Below are positions 36,112 through 36,658 of a DNA stretch of 36,658 bases, piece by piece (within the stretch, counting starts at the first letter, position 1; the number at the start of each line of letters is the position of its first letter). The DNA is from a virus (taxonomy: Duplodnaviria; Caudoviricetes). Made by a program: the position numbers and the translations under genes. The notes under the pieces were generated by a model that had not been told where the DNA came from, made no database searches, and saw nothing but the letters and a program-made list of their open reading frames with translations. The DNA is taken from IMG/VR virus record IMGVR_UViG_3300031786_000022, positions 1 through 36,658 of that record, one strand, 5' to 3'.

Positions 36112-36658
36112 TCAACTGCGATATTTGACAAAATCGTTGTGGAACGTCCACAAATAATATCGGAAACAATCCAAAAGGTGTGACAATTGCGAATCCTTTG
36201 TTTTTTCGATGTCCCCGGTCGCCGTGGTTTCGACATTCTGCAAATCATGAATCAACCATTGACATGATGAATCAATGACCATGTCCGGGTGTTTCTCCAA
36301 TATCGAATTTAGCAGAACACGCGAATTTTTGATGGACGGGTTCACGCTCGAAACCTTGAATGATGTTTTGGGCAATTGTAGTTCGTCGCGAATGATTGTG
36401 TAGTAATTGACGGCGCCCCTGGTCATGGCCGAACGATTGGCCCCGGACGCGTCCCCGGTGACGATGAACAATCGGTCGCCCAATTCAACCCGGATGGTTT
36501 CACACAACCTGTATATGTCGGAATTCTTCAATCTGAATTCGCGAATGATTCGGATTTTGTCGCCATACGATTGGCCGGCAATACATGTGATAGGGTCAAC
36601 GTTGAAATCGAAAGACAAAATGATTGGTTCGTTCGGATGGATGGCCACATTGGTTTTG
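36112..36658 (-). CDS. terL: Terminase large subunit, C-terminal nuclease domain (partial second copy)
   Basis: Homologous to 1793-2339. Confidence 0.9.
   Translation of the reverse strand, partial: KTNVAIHPNEPIILSFDFNVDPITCIAGQSYGDKIRIIREFRLKNSDIYRLCETIRVELGDRLFIVTGDASGANRSAMTRGAVNYYTIIRDELQLPKTSFKVSSVNPSIKNSRVLLNSILEKHPDMVIDSSCQWLIHDLQNVETTATGDIEKTKDSQLSHLLDCFRYYLWTFHNDFVKYRS

Larger units (their letters stand above)
34318..36658. repeat. Diverged duplicate of 1-2339
   Basis: Colinear at an offset of about 34317-34320. Confidence 0.95.

Noticed and set aside
34318-36658. Biological direct terminal repeat
   Set aside because: True terminal repeats are identical; these copies are about 13% divergent beyond an exact 127-nt overlap
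1-36658. Stop-codon reassignment suggested by rare TAG
   Set aside because: All major genes are intact under the standard code and no suppressor tRNA was seen; TAG rarity follows from AG avoidance

Overview
The window is an essentially complete, apparently circular genome of about 34.3 kb from a tailed dsDNA phage (siphovirus-like), with every credible gene on the minus strand. The host is very probably Bacteroidota: there are TTG-N19-TAnnTTTG promoters, A-rich starts without Shine-Dalgarno sequences, and a lipoprotein spanin with D-[S/T]-[V/I] motifs. Reading leftward from about 13.1 kb the order is early promoters, small early genes, Bet recombinase, lambda-O-like initiator, SSB, orphan DNA methyltransferase, TerS, TerL, then a frameshifted tail chaperone and the tape measure. 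It then wraps to the right end and continues through tail tip/fibre, portal, MuF-peptidase, scaffold, major capsid, tail tube, lysis and neck genes, and a membrane CxxC protein, ending at the terminator at about 13.15 kb. Bases 34318-36658 repeat bases 1-2339: the first 127 nt are identical and the rest is about 87% identical where I counted. This is most likely an assembly loop through a second strain, and it gives a useful internal alignment. No integrase, tRNA or CRISPR array was seen. The best candidate for a new system is a cysteine-loaded virion (capsid, tail tube, neck, tip and fibre proteins; tape measure and scaffold have no Cys) co-transcribed with a 4-TM protein whose CxxC is predicted to face the cytoplasm, plus two tiny unannotated two-Cys peptides. 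This could be a phage-encoded disulfide-crosslinking pathway, but it is an inference. Functional calls come from motif recognition only; no searches were run.
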